Shown here one piece after another: positions 7,937 through 17,590 of a DNA stretch of 64,000 nucleotides. Within the stretch, counting starts at the first letter, position 1; each line of letters opens with the position of its first letter. The notes under the pieces were generated by a model, which was given only the letters and a program-made list of their open reading frames with translations, was not told the origin of the DNA and did not search any database. The stretch is taken from assembly GCA_044342325.1 (NCBI GenBank), contig JBIIPZ010000004.1:1-64000 (forward strand), read 5' to 3'. This stretch comes from Terrimicrobiaceae bacterium. GTDB lineage: Bacteria > Verrucomicrobiota > Verrucomicrobiia > Chthoniobacterales > Terrimicrobiaceae. Both the position numbers and the translations under genes were made by a program.

Positions 7937-9715
7937 TTAGTGGGATTCCAAGCGGGCGTTTTCAGGCGCGCGCTCGGTCTGGGGGAGGTAATCCTTGTCC
8001 ATGCCAGGAACACTGTATTCGTAGGCACCGTGGTAAACGATGGGAGTTTTATCGAAGTTGCCATGCCCGGGAGGCGATGGAACAGTCCACTCAAGAGTGT
8101 TGGCATTCCAAGGATTGTTAGGAGCTTTTTTGCCATTGCGGAGGCTCATGACGACATTCCAGAGGAACACGAATGTTGTGAAGCCCAGACCGATAGCGCC
8201 AATTGTGCAGAGTTGGTTGAGAGGCTGGAGTTGACGCAGGTGCTCATAGACTGTGGGATCAGCGATACGGCGCATCATTCCGCCGAGGCCCAGGTTGTGC
8301 ATTGGGAAAAAGGCCAGATTGAAGAATACAAAGGTCAGGTAGAAATGCCACTTGCCGAGAGTCTCATTCAGCATGCGGCCGAACATTTTAGGAAAATAGA
8401 AGTAAATGGCTCCGAAGACCGCAAAGATACTTCCGCCGAAGAGCACATAGTGAAAGTGCGCGACAATGAAATAAGTGTGGTGCACGAAAAGATCCACCGG
8501 CGTGGAGGCCATGAAGATGCCACTGAGGCCGCCGATGACGAACATCGACACGAAAGCGAGGGCGAAACACATCGCCGTAGTGAACTCGATCGAACCACGC
8601 CAAATTGTGCCCATCCAGTTGAAGGTTTTGATAGCTGATGGAACAGCAATGACCATCGTGGAAACCGAGAAGGCGGCGCTGAGTGTCAGGTTCATGCCAC
8701 TGACGAACATGTGGTGGCCCCAAACGACGAATCCGAGGAATCCGATGGCGATCATGGCGTAGACCATTGCCTTGTAACCAAAGATCGGTTTGCGGGAGAA
8801 GACGGCCAGAATTTCCGAGGTGAGACCCATCGCGGGCAGAATCATGATGTAAACCTCGGGGTGGCCGAAGAACCAGAAGAGATGCTGCCAGAGGAGCGGT
8901 TGGCCACCGCCTTGGGGCGAGAAGAAGCTGGTGCCCATGTTGAGATCCGCGAAGAGCATGGCCGCGGCTGCTGAGAGCACGGGAACCGCCAATAAAAGGA
9001 GAATCGCGGTGATGAAGAGGGACCACACTGGCAATGGCATGCGGAACATTGTCATGCCGGGAGCGCGCATGTTGACCACAGTCGTGACGTAATTTGTGGC
9101 ACCGGCAATGGATGAGAGGCCGTTCACAAATAATGCTGCACACCAAAGACTCTGGCCTATCGGTGTTCCGTTATACGCAGCCACGGAACTGAGTGGCGCG
9201 TAAGCAGTCCAGCCGGTTCCCGGTGCACCTCCTGGCGCGAAGAAAGCCGCAAGTAGAATGACGCCAGAGAGGACATAGAGCCAGTAGCTCAACTCGTTCA
9301 ACAGCGGGAATGCCATATCACCAGCTCCGATCTGGAGTGGGATGAGGTAGTTGCCGAAGGCTCCGATGAGTAGCGGCATGACGACGAAGAATACCATGAC
9401 GGTCGCATGCATTGTGACAAGCATGTTGTAGCCACCGGGAATGATAGAGCCATCCACCGCTACGGTCGCTGGAAGGAGTCGGCCGATGATCGGGAATTCC
9501 GCGCCGGGGAAGCCAAGTTGCCAGCGGACACCAAGAGCGAGTGCACCGCCGAGGAAGAGGAAGGCGAGGGCGGTCCAGAGGTATTGGAGGCCGATCATCT
9601 TGTGATCGTAGGTCCAGATGTATTTATGGAAAAAGCCGACCTCGTGGTGGTCGGAGTGCGCGTGGGAGTTTGTCTCTTGGACGGGTGCGTCGATGGTGGA
9701 TGCTGACATTTTCAA
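7937..9715 (-). CDS. ctaD: Cytochrome c oxidase subunit I, type A1
   Basis: DHKMIG (D-channel), TMHA, WFFGHPEVY, VWGHHMF, AHFHY, MMRR. Confidence 0.97.
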   Translation of the reverse strand: MKMSASTIDAPVQETNSHAHSDHHEVGFFHKYIWTYDHKMIGLQYLWTALAFLFLGGALALGVRWQLGFPGAEFPIIGRLLPATVAVDGSIIPGGYNMLVTMHATVMVFFVVMPLLIGAFGNYLIPLQIGAGDMAFPLLNELSYWLYVLSGVILLAAFFAPGGAPGTGWTAYAPLSSVAAYNGTPIGQSLWCAALFVNGLSSIAGATNYVTTVVNMRAPGMTMFRMPLPVWSLFITAILLLLAVPVLSAAAAMLFADLNMGTSFFSPQGGGQPLLWQHLFWFFGHPEVYIMILPAMGLTSEILAVFSRKPIFGYKAMVYAMIAIGFLGFVVWGHHMFVSGMNLTLSAAFSVSTMVIAVPSAIKTFNWMGTIWRGSIEFTTAMCFALAFVSMFVIGGLSGIFMASTPVDLFVHHTYFIVAHFHYVLFGGSIFAVFGAIYFYFPKMFGRMLNETLGKWHFYLTFVFFNLAFFPMHNLGLGGMMRRIADPTVYEHLRQLQPLNQLCTIGAIGLGFTTFVFLWNVVMSLRNGKKAPNNPWNANTLEWTVPSPPGHGNFDKTPIVYHGAYEYSVPGMDKDYLPQTERAPENARLESH

Positions 9716-9862
9716 AAATGAGGTTTCAAAACTGCTGTGACACTAAAAATTAAAAATCGTCCTCTGAACATGAAAATTTTATTTCCGGGTTGTTCGTGAA
9801 ATTTCTTACGCTTCTCCTGCACGGGGCGTTGCCATTTTTAGTGAAAAAGTGGGCGTTGGTCT

Positions 9863-10870
9863 TCAGAGGTTGCTTGGGTTGAAGTTCGGCCTGATTTCGG
9901 TGTCGACCGGATCAGTGTGTCCGGCTGCCAGATGGTGCGCGGCGGCGAAGGCAATCATCAGCGCGTTGTCGGTGAGCAGGCCAGGCGGCGGGAAATGGAT
10001 TTCGAGTCCTTCGTCCGCAGCGCGCTGGATCGCGCGGGAGCGGAGTGAGGAGTTGGCGCTCACGCCGCCACTGAGGCTGAGTATGCGCCGCTTGTTTTGG
10101 CGGGCCGCCTTGAAGAGCTTGGAGAGCAGGACATCGGTGACGGCAGCTTGGAACGATGCGCAGATGTCGGGGAGATCAGCTGCGGTTGGAGCGCCATTTT
10201 TTTCAAGAAAGATGCGGACGGCAGTCTTGAGTCCGCTGAAACTGAAATCCAGATCGCCTGAGTCGATCATGCATCGTGGAAAATCAAAACGCGCGGGATT
10301 GCCACTGCGGGAGAGGCGGTCGATCTCGATACCGCCGGGGTAGCCCAGACCGAGGAGTTTTGCGACCTTGTCAAACGCCTCGCCGGCTGCGTCGTCGAGC
10401 GTGCGGCCGAGCAGTTGATAGCGTCCGAAGCCCTCCACATCCAGCAGCAGCGTGTGTCCACCGCTGACGACCATCGCCGTGTGTGGCGGGATTTTTTCAT
10501 AGCCAAAAAATGGCGAGAGCAGGTGGCCTTCGATGTGGTTGATTGCAAGAAACGGTTTTCCCGCTCCGATGCAGAGACCCTTCGCGGTTGCGGCGCCGAC
10601 GAGTAGGGCGGAGGCGAGGCCCGGCCCAGTGGTGGCTGCGATGGCGTCGAGATCGCGGATTTGCACGCCTGCTTTTTCTAGGGCGCGGTCGATGATGGCA
10701 GGGGCGGAGACAAGATGGTTTCTGGACGCCACTTCAGGAACGACCCCCCCGAACTCGGAGTGGATTTCCGCCTGGCTGAAAATCTCATGCGCGAGCACCT
10801 CGCCGAAGCCTTGCAGCACGGCGGCGGCGGTTTCATCACAGGAAGTCTCGATCGCGAGCAGCGTGGGCAT
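9863..10870 (-). CDS. tsaD: tRNA N6-threonylcarbamoyltransferase
   Basis: IETSCDET, GGVVPEVASRNH, HIEGH, VSGGHT, DDAAGEAFDK, TDNA. Confidence 0.97.
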   Translation of the reverse strand: MPTLLAIETSCDETAAAVLQGFGEVLAHEIFSQAEIHSEFGGVVPEVASRNHLVSAPAIIDRALEKAGVQIRDLDAIAATTGPGLASALLVGAATAKGLCIGAGKPFLAINHIEGHLLSPFFGYEKIPPHTAMVVSGGHTLLLDVEGFGRYQLLGRTLDDAAGEAFDKVAKLLGLGYPGGIEIDRLSRSGNPARFDFPRCMIDSGDLDFSFSGLKTAVRIFLEKNGAPTAADLPDICASFQAAVTDVLLSKLFKAARQNKRRILSLSGGVSANSSLRSRAIQRAADEGLEIHFPPPGLLTDNALMIAFAAAHHLAAGHTDPVDTEIRPNFNPSNL

Positions 10871-12127
10871 TTATTTTTTTTGGTTCTTGGCGTGTTGCAG
10901 GGAGCCTTGCATGGCATCCACGGCGCGCTCGAGCTGGAGATCCCAGATCGTGGCCTCGGCGGTGGAGGGATCCTCGCGTTTGCGGCGGGAGCGGAGGAGA
11001 TCAGCTTCCTCCTCGTGGGTGAGTGTGGCGCGGATGTGCGGACTCACGCCGTGCTCGTGGATGAGCTTGCGTCCGGGGGTGAAATATTTCGCCGTGGTGA
11101 GGCGGGCGGCAGAGCCGTCGGGCAGTGAGACGACGCTTTGAACCGAGCCTTTGCCGAAAGTGGTTTCGCCAACGACGAGCGCGCGGTCGAGGTCCTTGAG
11201 CGCGCCGGCGACGATCTCCGAGCCGCTGGCGCTCGCGTAGTTCGTGAGGACGACGACGGGATATTTGCGGTTCGGGCTGGCTGTCGCCGAGGTCCGGTAT
11301 TCGCGCGAGGGCGTTCGGCCTTCCGTATAAACAACGAGCGTGTTTGGTGGCAGGAACTGCCCGCACACATCGACCGCGCTGCCGAGGAGGCCGCCGGGAT
11401 TGTGCCGCAGGTCGAGGATGAAGGCATCCATCCCCTTCGCTTCCAATTTATCTAGTGCCGCGCCGAGTTCGGTGGCCGTGGGTTCGTTGAACTGGGTAAT
11501 CCTCGCGTAGCCGATGCGTGGTTGTCCGGGATTCCGTTGCGGGAGGATGCGTGCGTCCTTGATGCTGGCCACCTTGATGACTTCGCGGGTGAGTTCGTAA
11601 TCCTTCATCTCCCCGCTCGATGGGCGCCGGATCGTCAGGTTCACTTTTTCTCCGACATTGCCCCGGAGTTTTTCGACGGCCTCATTCAGGGGAATGTTGT
11701 CGGTGTTTTCGCCGTTGATTTTGAGAATCTGGTCGCCTGGGAGGATGCCCGCCTTGAAGCCTGGGGTGTCCTCCATGGGATTGATCACCGTGAGGACGCC
11801 GGATTTTTGGGTTACGACCACGCCGAGGCCGCCGAATTCGCTGCGGGTGTCCTCCTGCATGTTTTTGAAGCTTTTCGGCTCCATGAATTGGCTGTGTGGA
11901 TCAAGGTTGTCGAGCATGCCGCGGAGCGCGCTGTATGTTAGTTCCTTGTAGTCCACTTTTGACTCGTCCACATAATCCTGCCGGATGAGTTGCATGGCGC
12001 GCGCCAAGAGCTGGAGTTGCTCATAGGGGGAGTCTTCGGCTTTTGCCGGGGATGCCGGAGTCGCAGCCTCGCGGGCCTGGGCGTTCAGGCTGAGCGCGAG
12101 GATGGCTGAAAAAAAGAGTCGGCGCAT
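10871..12127 (-). CDS. ctpA: Carboxyl-terminal processing protease, S41A with PDZ
   Basis: LDPHS, FGGLG, DLRHNPGG, SASGSE (Ser), TFGKGSVQ (Lys); signal peptide from MRRLFF. Confidence 0.92.
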   Translation of the reverse strand: MRRLFFSAILALSLNAQAREAATPASPAKAEDSPYEQLQLLARAMQLIRQDYVDESKVDYKELTYSALRGMLDNLDPHSQFMEPKSFKNMQEDTRSEFGGLGVVVTQKSGVLTVINPMEDTPGFKAGILPGDQILKINGENTDNIPLNEAVEKLRGNVGEKVNLTIRRPSSGEMKDYELTREVIKVASIKDARILPQRNPGQPRIGYARITQFNEPTATELGAALDKLEAKGMDAFILDLRHNPGGLLGSAVDVCGQFLPPNTLVVYTEGRTPSREYRTSATASPNRKYPVVVLTNYASASGSEIVAGALKDLDRALVVGETTFGKGSVQSVVSLPDGSAARLTTAKYFTPGRKLIHEHGVSPHIRATLTHEEEADLLRSRRKREDPSTAEATIWDLQLERAVDAMQGSLQHAKNQKK

Positions 12128-12167
12128 GGAATTCAAATTAGCACGACAAGGGGCATTGCCAAACGCA

Positions 12168-13262
12168 TCAAAAAATCTCCCAGGCATGCTTCTGGGGAAG
12201 ATAGTCTGGGAGTTGGGAGCGGTTTTCCCAGAGCTTGTGGAAGACAGGTGTCGCCGAGCCGGACATTGGAGGAACGATCCAGCTCCAGTCGGCTGAAACC
12301 GCGCGTCCGGCTTTCATCTCGCGGGCGGCGAATTCCATGAATTCCGAGGAGGCGCGGTGATGGTCCACGATGCGCACACCGGCTTGCTCGTAGGAGAAAA
12401 TGACGGCCGCATTGAGCTCCACGAGCGCACGGTCTTTCCAGAGCGGGTCGTGCTCGCGGTTGATGCCCATTTTTTCAGCAATCGCGGGAAGCATGTCGTA
12501 GCGGCCCTCATCGCCGAGGTCGCGGGAGCCGATTTCCGTTCCCATATACCAGCCATTGAACGGTGCCGCCGGAAAATCGATGCCGCCAATCCGTAGTTTC
12601 ATGTCGGAGAGGATCGGAACGGCATACCACTTCAGGCCCAGATCGGAAAACCATGGCAGAGTCGGATGCGTGAGGGGAATTTCCAAGGCTTGGTCATGCG
12701 GTGGTGGAAAAAGCACGGGGGCGCATCCGCGTTTTTGAATGATGAGCGGCAGGAGGTCGAAGCGGGTGCCTGCGCCTTTCCAACCGAGTGCCTGCGCCTC
12801 ACGGGTGAGAGCCAGATTTTTCGGGTCGCCGAGGATCGATCCGTCCGCTTGCTCGTAAGCTGCGTAGCCGAGGAGTTGGTGGTTCCAGATTCTGACTGCC
12901 GGCCCATCGCTGGTCGCGGGGGTAAATACCGTGATCAGGGGCTGGATTTTTCCGCCGTTGGTCGCGGTTTCGAGGTGTTCAAGCAGGGCCTTGTGAACCT
13001 CGGCCGGGTCGGAAATGTGGCGAAGGTCGCGAACTTTGAGCGACGGCCAGAAGAGGCGGCCGATGCAGCGCGCATTGTTCCGCCACGCCATGCGGGCTCC
13101 ATGCTCGAGTTCCTCGAATGACGGCGTCCAAATGCCCGTCGAGGCGATTTCTTCTTCCACCTGCGCCGCACGGATCGCGTGGGTTGGGGAATCGATTTTT
13201 TTCTCAAGGGCAAAGGCCTCGAGAAAATCCAGCGCCTCGCGTGTGGAGTCGTCGGCTACCAC
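12168..13262 (-). CDS. nos: Nitric oxide synthase, oxygenase-only bacterial type
   Basis: AWRNNARCIGRLFW (heme Cys), IWNHQLLGYAAY, PFNGWYMGTEIG (substrate Glu), IVDHH, DWSWIVPP. The GTG start overlaps the fabH stop. Confidence 0.95.
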   Translation of the reverse strand: MVADDSTREALDFLEAFALEKKIDSPTHAIRAAQVEEEIASTGIWTPSFEELEHGARMAWRNNARCIGRLFWPSLKVRDLRHISDPAEVHKALLEHLETATNGGKIQPLITVFTPATSDGPAVRIWNHQLLGYAAYEQADGSILGDPKNLALTREAQALGWKGAGTRFDLLPLIIQKRGCAPVLFPPPHDQALEIPLTHPTLPWFSDLGLKWYAVPILSDMKLRIGGIDFPAAPFNGWYMGTEIGSRDLGDEGRYDMLPAIAEKMGINREHDPLWKDRALVELNAAVIFSYEQAGVRIVDHHRASSEFMEFAAREMKAGRAVSADWSWIVPPMSGSATPVFHKLWENRSQLPDYLPQKHAWEIF

Positions 13263-14272
13263 TCGATGACGGAGCTGGCGAATGTGAGTCCCCCGCCGAA
13301 AACCACGAGCAGGATGGGGTCGCCTTTCTGGAAGCGGCCAGTGCGCGCGGCTTCATCGAGGGCGATGGCGACGGCGGCGGCGGAAGTATTGCCGTATTTA
13401 TCGAGATTGATGTGGAAGCGGTCCATCGTGAGATCCATGCGGTCGGCCATGGCTTCGATGATCCGGATATTCGCCTGGTGGGGGATCACGCATTTGATGT
13501 CCTGCGCGGTGAGCCCGCAGCGGTCCAGCACGGTGTTCGCAGCGCGCATCATGGAGGTCACCGCTTGTTTGAAGGTCTCGCGCCCGTTCATCTGAAGAGT
13601 GTTGAGTTTTGCATCCACATTGTCGCGGGTGATTGGCAGGGCGCATCCACCGCCTGGCATGTGAAGAATATCTCCGTAGTTTCCATCACTGCCCATGTAG
13701 GTTGTCACGACGCCCTTTGATCCGGGGCGGTGGCGCAGGATGGCAGCGCCGGCGCCGTCGCCGAAAAGCACGCAGGTGTTGCGGTCCTCCCAATTCACGA
13801 TGCTGCTGAGCTTGTCCGCGCCGATGACGAGCACGGTCTCGCAGCCGTGGTTTGAGATGAACTGGGTTGCGATTTCCACGCAGTAGAGGAAGCCCGAGCA
13901 GGCGGCGTTCACATCCATGCAGGTTGCATTCTTTGCTCCGATATGGCGTTGAACTTGGCAAGCGGTGGATGGAAAAAACATGTCCGGCGTGATGGTGGCG
14001 ACGAGGATCATGTCGATCTCCTCGGGTGTGACGCCGGCATTTTCCATCGCGGCTTGGGCGGCTTTTGCAGCCATGTGGCTGGTGAATTCGTTTTCCGCCG
14101 CGATCCGTCTCTCGTAGATGCCGGTGCGTTCGACGATCCACTGGTGGTTGGTCTCCACCATGGCCTCGAGGTCGGAGTTGGTCATGACGCGCTCGGGCAC
14201 ATAGCTGCCTGTGCCGATGATCGAGGCGCTGCGGTTAGGCCGGGGTGGTATGTCGCGAAGAGAGTTTTTCAT
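13256..14272 (-). CDS. fabH: 3-oxoacyl-ACP synthase III
   Basis: AACSGF, LFGDGAGA, PHQANIRII, GNTSAA. Confidence 0.96.
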   Translation of the reverse strand: MKNSLRDIPPRPNRSASIIGTGSYVPERVMTNSDLEAMVETNHQWIVERTGIYERRIAAENEFTSHMAAKAAQAAMENAGVTPEEIDMILVATITPDMFFPSTACQVQRHIGAKNATCMDVNAACSGFLYCVEIATQFISNHGCETVLVIGADKLSSIVNWEDRNTCVLFGDGAGAAILRHRPGSKGVVTTYMGSDGNYGDILHMPGGGCALPITRDNVDAKLNTLQMNGRETFKQAVTSMMRAANTVLDRCGLTAQDIKCVIPHQANIRIIEAMADRMDLTMDRFHINLDKYGNTSAAAVAIALDEAARTGRFQKGDPILLVVFGGGLTFASSVIEW

Positions 14273-15269
14273 GGAGTGTTTTCATCGCCTCGACGATGCG
14301 GGAGTTGATTTGGAGTTCCACCGCGCGGCGGGCAGCTCGGATGGCGTTGCGCAGGGCGAGGGATGACGAGTTGCCGTGGGCTTTGATGCAGATGCCATTG
14401 ACGCCGAGCAAAGGAGTGCCGCCGTATTCGTCGGTGCTGGTGCGTTTTTTCACGGCTTGGAAGGCTCCCTTGGAGAGGAGAGCGCCGAGCATACGGATGG
14501 GGGTTTTGCTGATCTCGTCCTTGATCCAGGAGACCATGGATTTGGCGAGACCCTCGACGGTTTTTAAAAAAATGTTTCCAGTGAAGCCGTCGCAGACGAC
14601 GACCTCTACCGGTTTCTTGAAGATGCCGTGCCCTTCGACATTCCCGGCAAACTGGATCGGGGCCTCGGATAGCATCTTGTAGCATTCGAGGCAGAAATCC
14701 GTGCCCTTGCTGGGTTCGGTGCCGATGTTCAGGAGACCGACTCGAGCTTCGGGTGTGCCAACGATAGCTTTGTAATAAACGCTGCCCATCACGGCAAATC
14801 CCACGATGTGCTGAGGAGTGGGGTCGATATTCGCCCCGCCGTCGATCAGGAGAAAAACTCCACCATCGGCAGGTATGAGCACGCCAAGCGCGGCGCGATC
14901 GATGCCCGGCAGTGTGCGGAGCTTGATGGTCGACGCCGCTACGAGGGCGCCAGTGTGGCCGGCGGAGACGACTGCGTCGGCTTCACCGCTTTTCACGAGG
15001 TCCACCGCTCGGCTCACAGACGAATCTTTTTTCCTGCGAACGCTGTCGAGGCCACTATCGGTCATGTCCACGACCTGTGAGGCGTGGTGGAACGAGAAGC
15101 GGGATTGGATATCCGCCGTGGAATGTTTTGCGAGTTCCGCCCGGACTTTCTGCTCGTCGCCAACAAAGATGATCTCCACATCGGGAAAATCACGGAGCGC
15201 TTGAACAGCTCCCGCCACGGGATTTTGCGGGGCATGATCCCCTCCCATTGCGTCGAGGGCAATTTTCAT
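14235..15269 (-). CDS. plsX: Phosphate acyltransferase
   Basis: IALDAMGGDHAP, SAGHTGA, NIGTEPSKG, DGFTGN, KAHG. Confidence 0.96.
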   Translation of the reverse strand: MKIALDAMGGDHAPQNPVAGAVQALRDFPDVEIIFVGDEQKVRAELAKHSTADIQSRFSFHHASQVVDMTDSGLDSVRRKKDSSVSRAVDLVKSGEADAVVSAGHTGALVAASTIKLRTLPGIDRAALGVLIPADGGVFLLIDGGANIDPTPQHIVGFAVMGSVYYKAIVGTPEARVGLLNIGTEPSKGTDFCLECYKMLSEAPIQFAGNVEGHGIFKKPVEVVVCDGFTGNIFLKTVEGLAKSMVSWIKDEISKTPIRMLGALLSKGAFQAVKKRTSTDEYGGTPLLGVNGICIKAHGNSSSLALRNAIRAARRAVELQINSRIVEAMKTLHEKLSSRHTTPA

Positions 15270-15292
15270 CCGGGGAAATCCGACCCTCGGAA

Positions 15293-15475
15293 CTACTCTG
15301 CGCCGATGGTGAGAACCTGGCGTTTGTTATAATATCCGCAGGATGGGCAGGCCACATGGCCTGGGACGGATGCGCCGCATTGAGGGCACTTGGCCAGCTT
15401 CGGGGCTTGCCAGCGGTTTGCCGCCTTGCGTGTGCGAAGGCGCATTTTCGATGTTTTGCGTTTGGGAACTCCCAT
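15293..15475 (-). CDS. rpmF: 50S ribosomal protein L32
   Basis: [10 protein letters not shown]...CPQC...[10 protein letters not shown]; canonical yceD-rpmF-plsX-fabH order. Confidence 0.96.
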   Translation of the reverse strand: MGVPKRKTSKMRLRTRKAANRWQAPKLAKCPQCGASVPGHVACPSCGYYNKRQVLTIGAE

Positions 15476-15479
15476 AATT

Positions 15480-15944
15480 TTACTTTAGTTTTGGTTTTAG
15501 CTTGTCCAGCGCGTCCCATGCCGGCACGGATTTTTCGACCGGCCGCCCGAAGGCAACCCGGGAGTCATCGCGACGCGCGGGGCATTGCTTTTCACCGCCG
15601 CTGTCGCACTTGGGGTGCGCGGGCAGGGCAAGGTGCATATCTTCCCTGACCTCGGGGGTCAAGTCAATCAACTCCGATTTCGGCAAATCAATTTGCATCG
15701 AAAAGGAATCGATGACTAGGTCCCAATCGAAATCTTCGAGACAGTTTACGCATTGCAATTTTCCCTGAACGGACAGACTGCCGGTGGCAAAGAGACCGCC
15801 GCCGCTCAAGCCCACATCGAGCGTGTAGCACAGAGGCGCGGTTGGCGTGAAGCCACCCTGTTCGAGTTCCAAGGCGGCGGGGTTTTCCTCGCCTTCGATG
15901 TGCAGCGTGTCCCCTTCCGGAATGTGGTGAAGGTGCACTTTCAT
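15480..15944 (-). CDS. yceD: YceD/DUF177 family protein
   Basis: [30 protein letters not shown]; immediately upstream of rpmF. Confidence 0.88.
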   Translation of the reverse strand: MKVHLHHIPEGDTLHIEGEENPAALELEQGGFTPTAPLCYTLDVGLSGGGLFATGSLSVQGKLQCVNCLEDFDWDLVIDSFSMQIDLPKSELIDLTPEVREDMHLALPAHPKCDSGGEKQCPARRDDSRVAFGRPVEKSVPAWDALDKLKPKLK

Positions 15945-16018
15945 GAAAAAAAATTTACCACCGCCTGCAAAGGTGGTCAATGCAGGCGAGGTTGCCGCTT
16001 GATTGTCGCGTTGTTGAA

Positions 16019-16150
16019 TCAGGCTTTCAGTGAACGGAGCACCTGCGCGGAGGTTTTGAATCGCCGGGTCGGTAGTTCGCTTAAAGCGGTGGTGGTTTCC
16101 GCGTTGGGAGTGCGATCGGCATAACGCACTTCGATTTGGGCGAGGCTGGA
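16019..16150 (-). pseudogene. Possible remnant of a RelB/DinJ-type antitoxin C-terminus
   Basis: A start-less frame reads LAQIEVRYADRTPNAETTTALSELPTRRFKTSAQVLRSLKA*. PNAET..A and FKT resemble RelB/DinJ tails. Confidence 0.35.
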
Positions 16151-16162
16151 AGTCTTGAGGCT

Positions 16163-17584
16163 TCAGTTTTTATTGATCACCAAGCTGCGGGGTTCGGTCA
16201 TCTCCTCCATGGCGTAGCGGACGCCTTCGCGGCCCGAGCCGCTTTCCTTGATACCGCCGTAGGGCATGTTTTCCACGCGGAAGGTCGGGACTTGATTGAC
16301 CATCACGCCACCAACTTCGAGTTCCTCGAAAGCCCTGATCGCATTTTGAAGGTTGTTTGTAAAAACACCGGCCTGGAGGCCGAAGCGGGAGTCGTTGACC
16401 ATGGCGAGGGCTTCTTCGAATGTCCCGTAATGCTGGAGAACGGCCAGAGGAGCGAAGGCTTCTTCGCGCAGCACGGGCGAATCGGATGGCATATTTTCAA
16501 GGAGCAGCGGACCCAGAAGGGAACGGCCTGAAGTGTGCAGCGGCGTGAGGAGGGATGCGCCGGCATCGGTTGCCTCCTCAACCCAACGGACAATCTTCTC
16601 GCGGGCGGCAGCGTTGATCATCGGACCAACCAGCGTCTGGCGCTCAGAGGGGTCGCCGGTGTGGATTTTTTCCTGAATGAATGAGACGAGCGCTCCTCGG
16701 AATTGGCTGAAAAATTCGCGGTGCACGAGGATTCGTTGGACGCTGATGCACGACTGGCCAGCGAATCCGTAGGCGGCGGCGGCTATTTTCGGAACGGCGG
16801 CGTGCCAATCCGAGTCGGGTTCGACAATCACAGCGGCATTTCCGCCAAGTTCGAGGGCGCATTTCATTTTTGCGGCGTGGCCCTTGAGGTTCCAACCGAC
16901 ATCGACGCTGCCGGTGAAGCTGAGCATTTTCACTCTCGCGTCCGCAAGCAACGGAGGAATGAGCTCGTGTGCGAAGGGGATGATATTGACCTGGCCTGCC
17001 GGAACACCAGCCTCATGCAGAACCTCGGCGAGCAGAAGCGCCGTGAGGGGCGTCTTCATCGCAGGCTTGAGCAGCATCGTATTTCCGGTGGCGATGCAGG
17101 GAGCGACTTTGTGGGCGACAAGGTTCAGCGGAAAATTGAAGGGCGTAATTCCGAGAATCACGCCCAGCGGAAAGCGGCGGACGATTCCAAAGTGGCCGAG
17201 TCCTGGGGCACTCGCTTCCATATTGATGCCATGGCCGTCGTCACCGAGCGCGAGTGCCGCTGCAAATCGAAAGGTCAGGCAGGCCCGGTCCACCTCGGAC
17301 TCGGCAAAGGTCACAGGTTTTCCAGCCTCGGCTACGATCACATCGACAAACTCTTGACGCCGCTCGCGGAGAAGTTGGCTGATCCTCTCGAGTGTCGCCG
17401 CGCGGGCTTCGCTCGAAATTTTGCGCGTTTTTTGAAATGCTGAGTGCGCGCTGGCTATCGCAGATTCGACATCCTGCGCACCCGCGGTGCATATGTCGGC
17501 GAGTTTTTCACCGGACCAGGGATTGTGGACCGCCTCGGAGGTTTGCGTCTCCACCCAGCAGCCGTCGAGGTAGAAGGGTTTCAT
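16163..17584 (-). CDS. NAD(P)-dependent aldehyde dehydrogenase
   Basis: ITPFNFP, FTGS, LELGGN, GQSCIS, EEAFAP, PYGGIKESG. Confidence 0.93.
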   Translation of the reverse strand: MKPFYLDGCWVETQTSEAVHNPWSGEKLADICTAGAQDVESAIASAHSAFQKTRKISSEARAATLERISQLLRERRQEFVDVIVAEAGKPVTFAESEVDRACLTFRFAAALALGDDGHGINMEASAPGLGHFGIVRRFPLGVILGITPFNFPLNLVAHKVAPCIATGNTMLLKPAMKTPLTALLLAEVLHEAGVPAGQVNIIPFAHELIPPLLADARVKMLSFTGSVDVGWNLKGHAAKMKCALELGGNAAVIVEPDSDWHAAVPKIAAAAYGFAGQSCISVQRILVHREFFSQFRGALVSFIQEKIHTGDPSERQTLVGPMINAAAREKIVRWVEEATDAGASLLTPLHTSGRSLLGPLLLENMPSDSPVLREEAFAPLAVLQHYGTFEEALAMVNDSRFGLQAGVFTNNLQNAIRAFEELEVGGVMVNQVPTFRVENMPYGGIKESGSGREGVRYAMEEMTEPRSLVINKN

Positions 17585-17590
17585 GGTTTT

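Noticed and set aside
7937..9715. Subunit I as a nitric oxide reductase partnering NOS
   Set aside because: GHPEVY with the cross-linking Tyr, the D-channel Asp and the heme A synthesis genes indicate an A1 oxygen reductase.
9793..9812. Rex-like operator (TCGTGAAATTTCTTACGC) upstream of ctaD
   Set aside because: The right half-site deviates too much from TTCACAA to support without a genome-wide motif.
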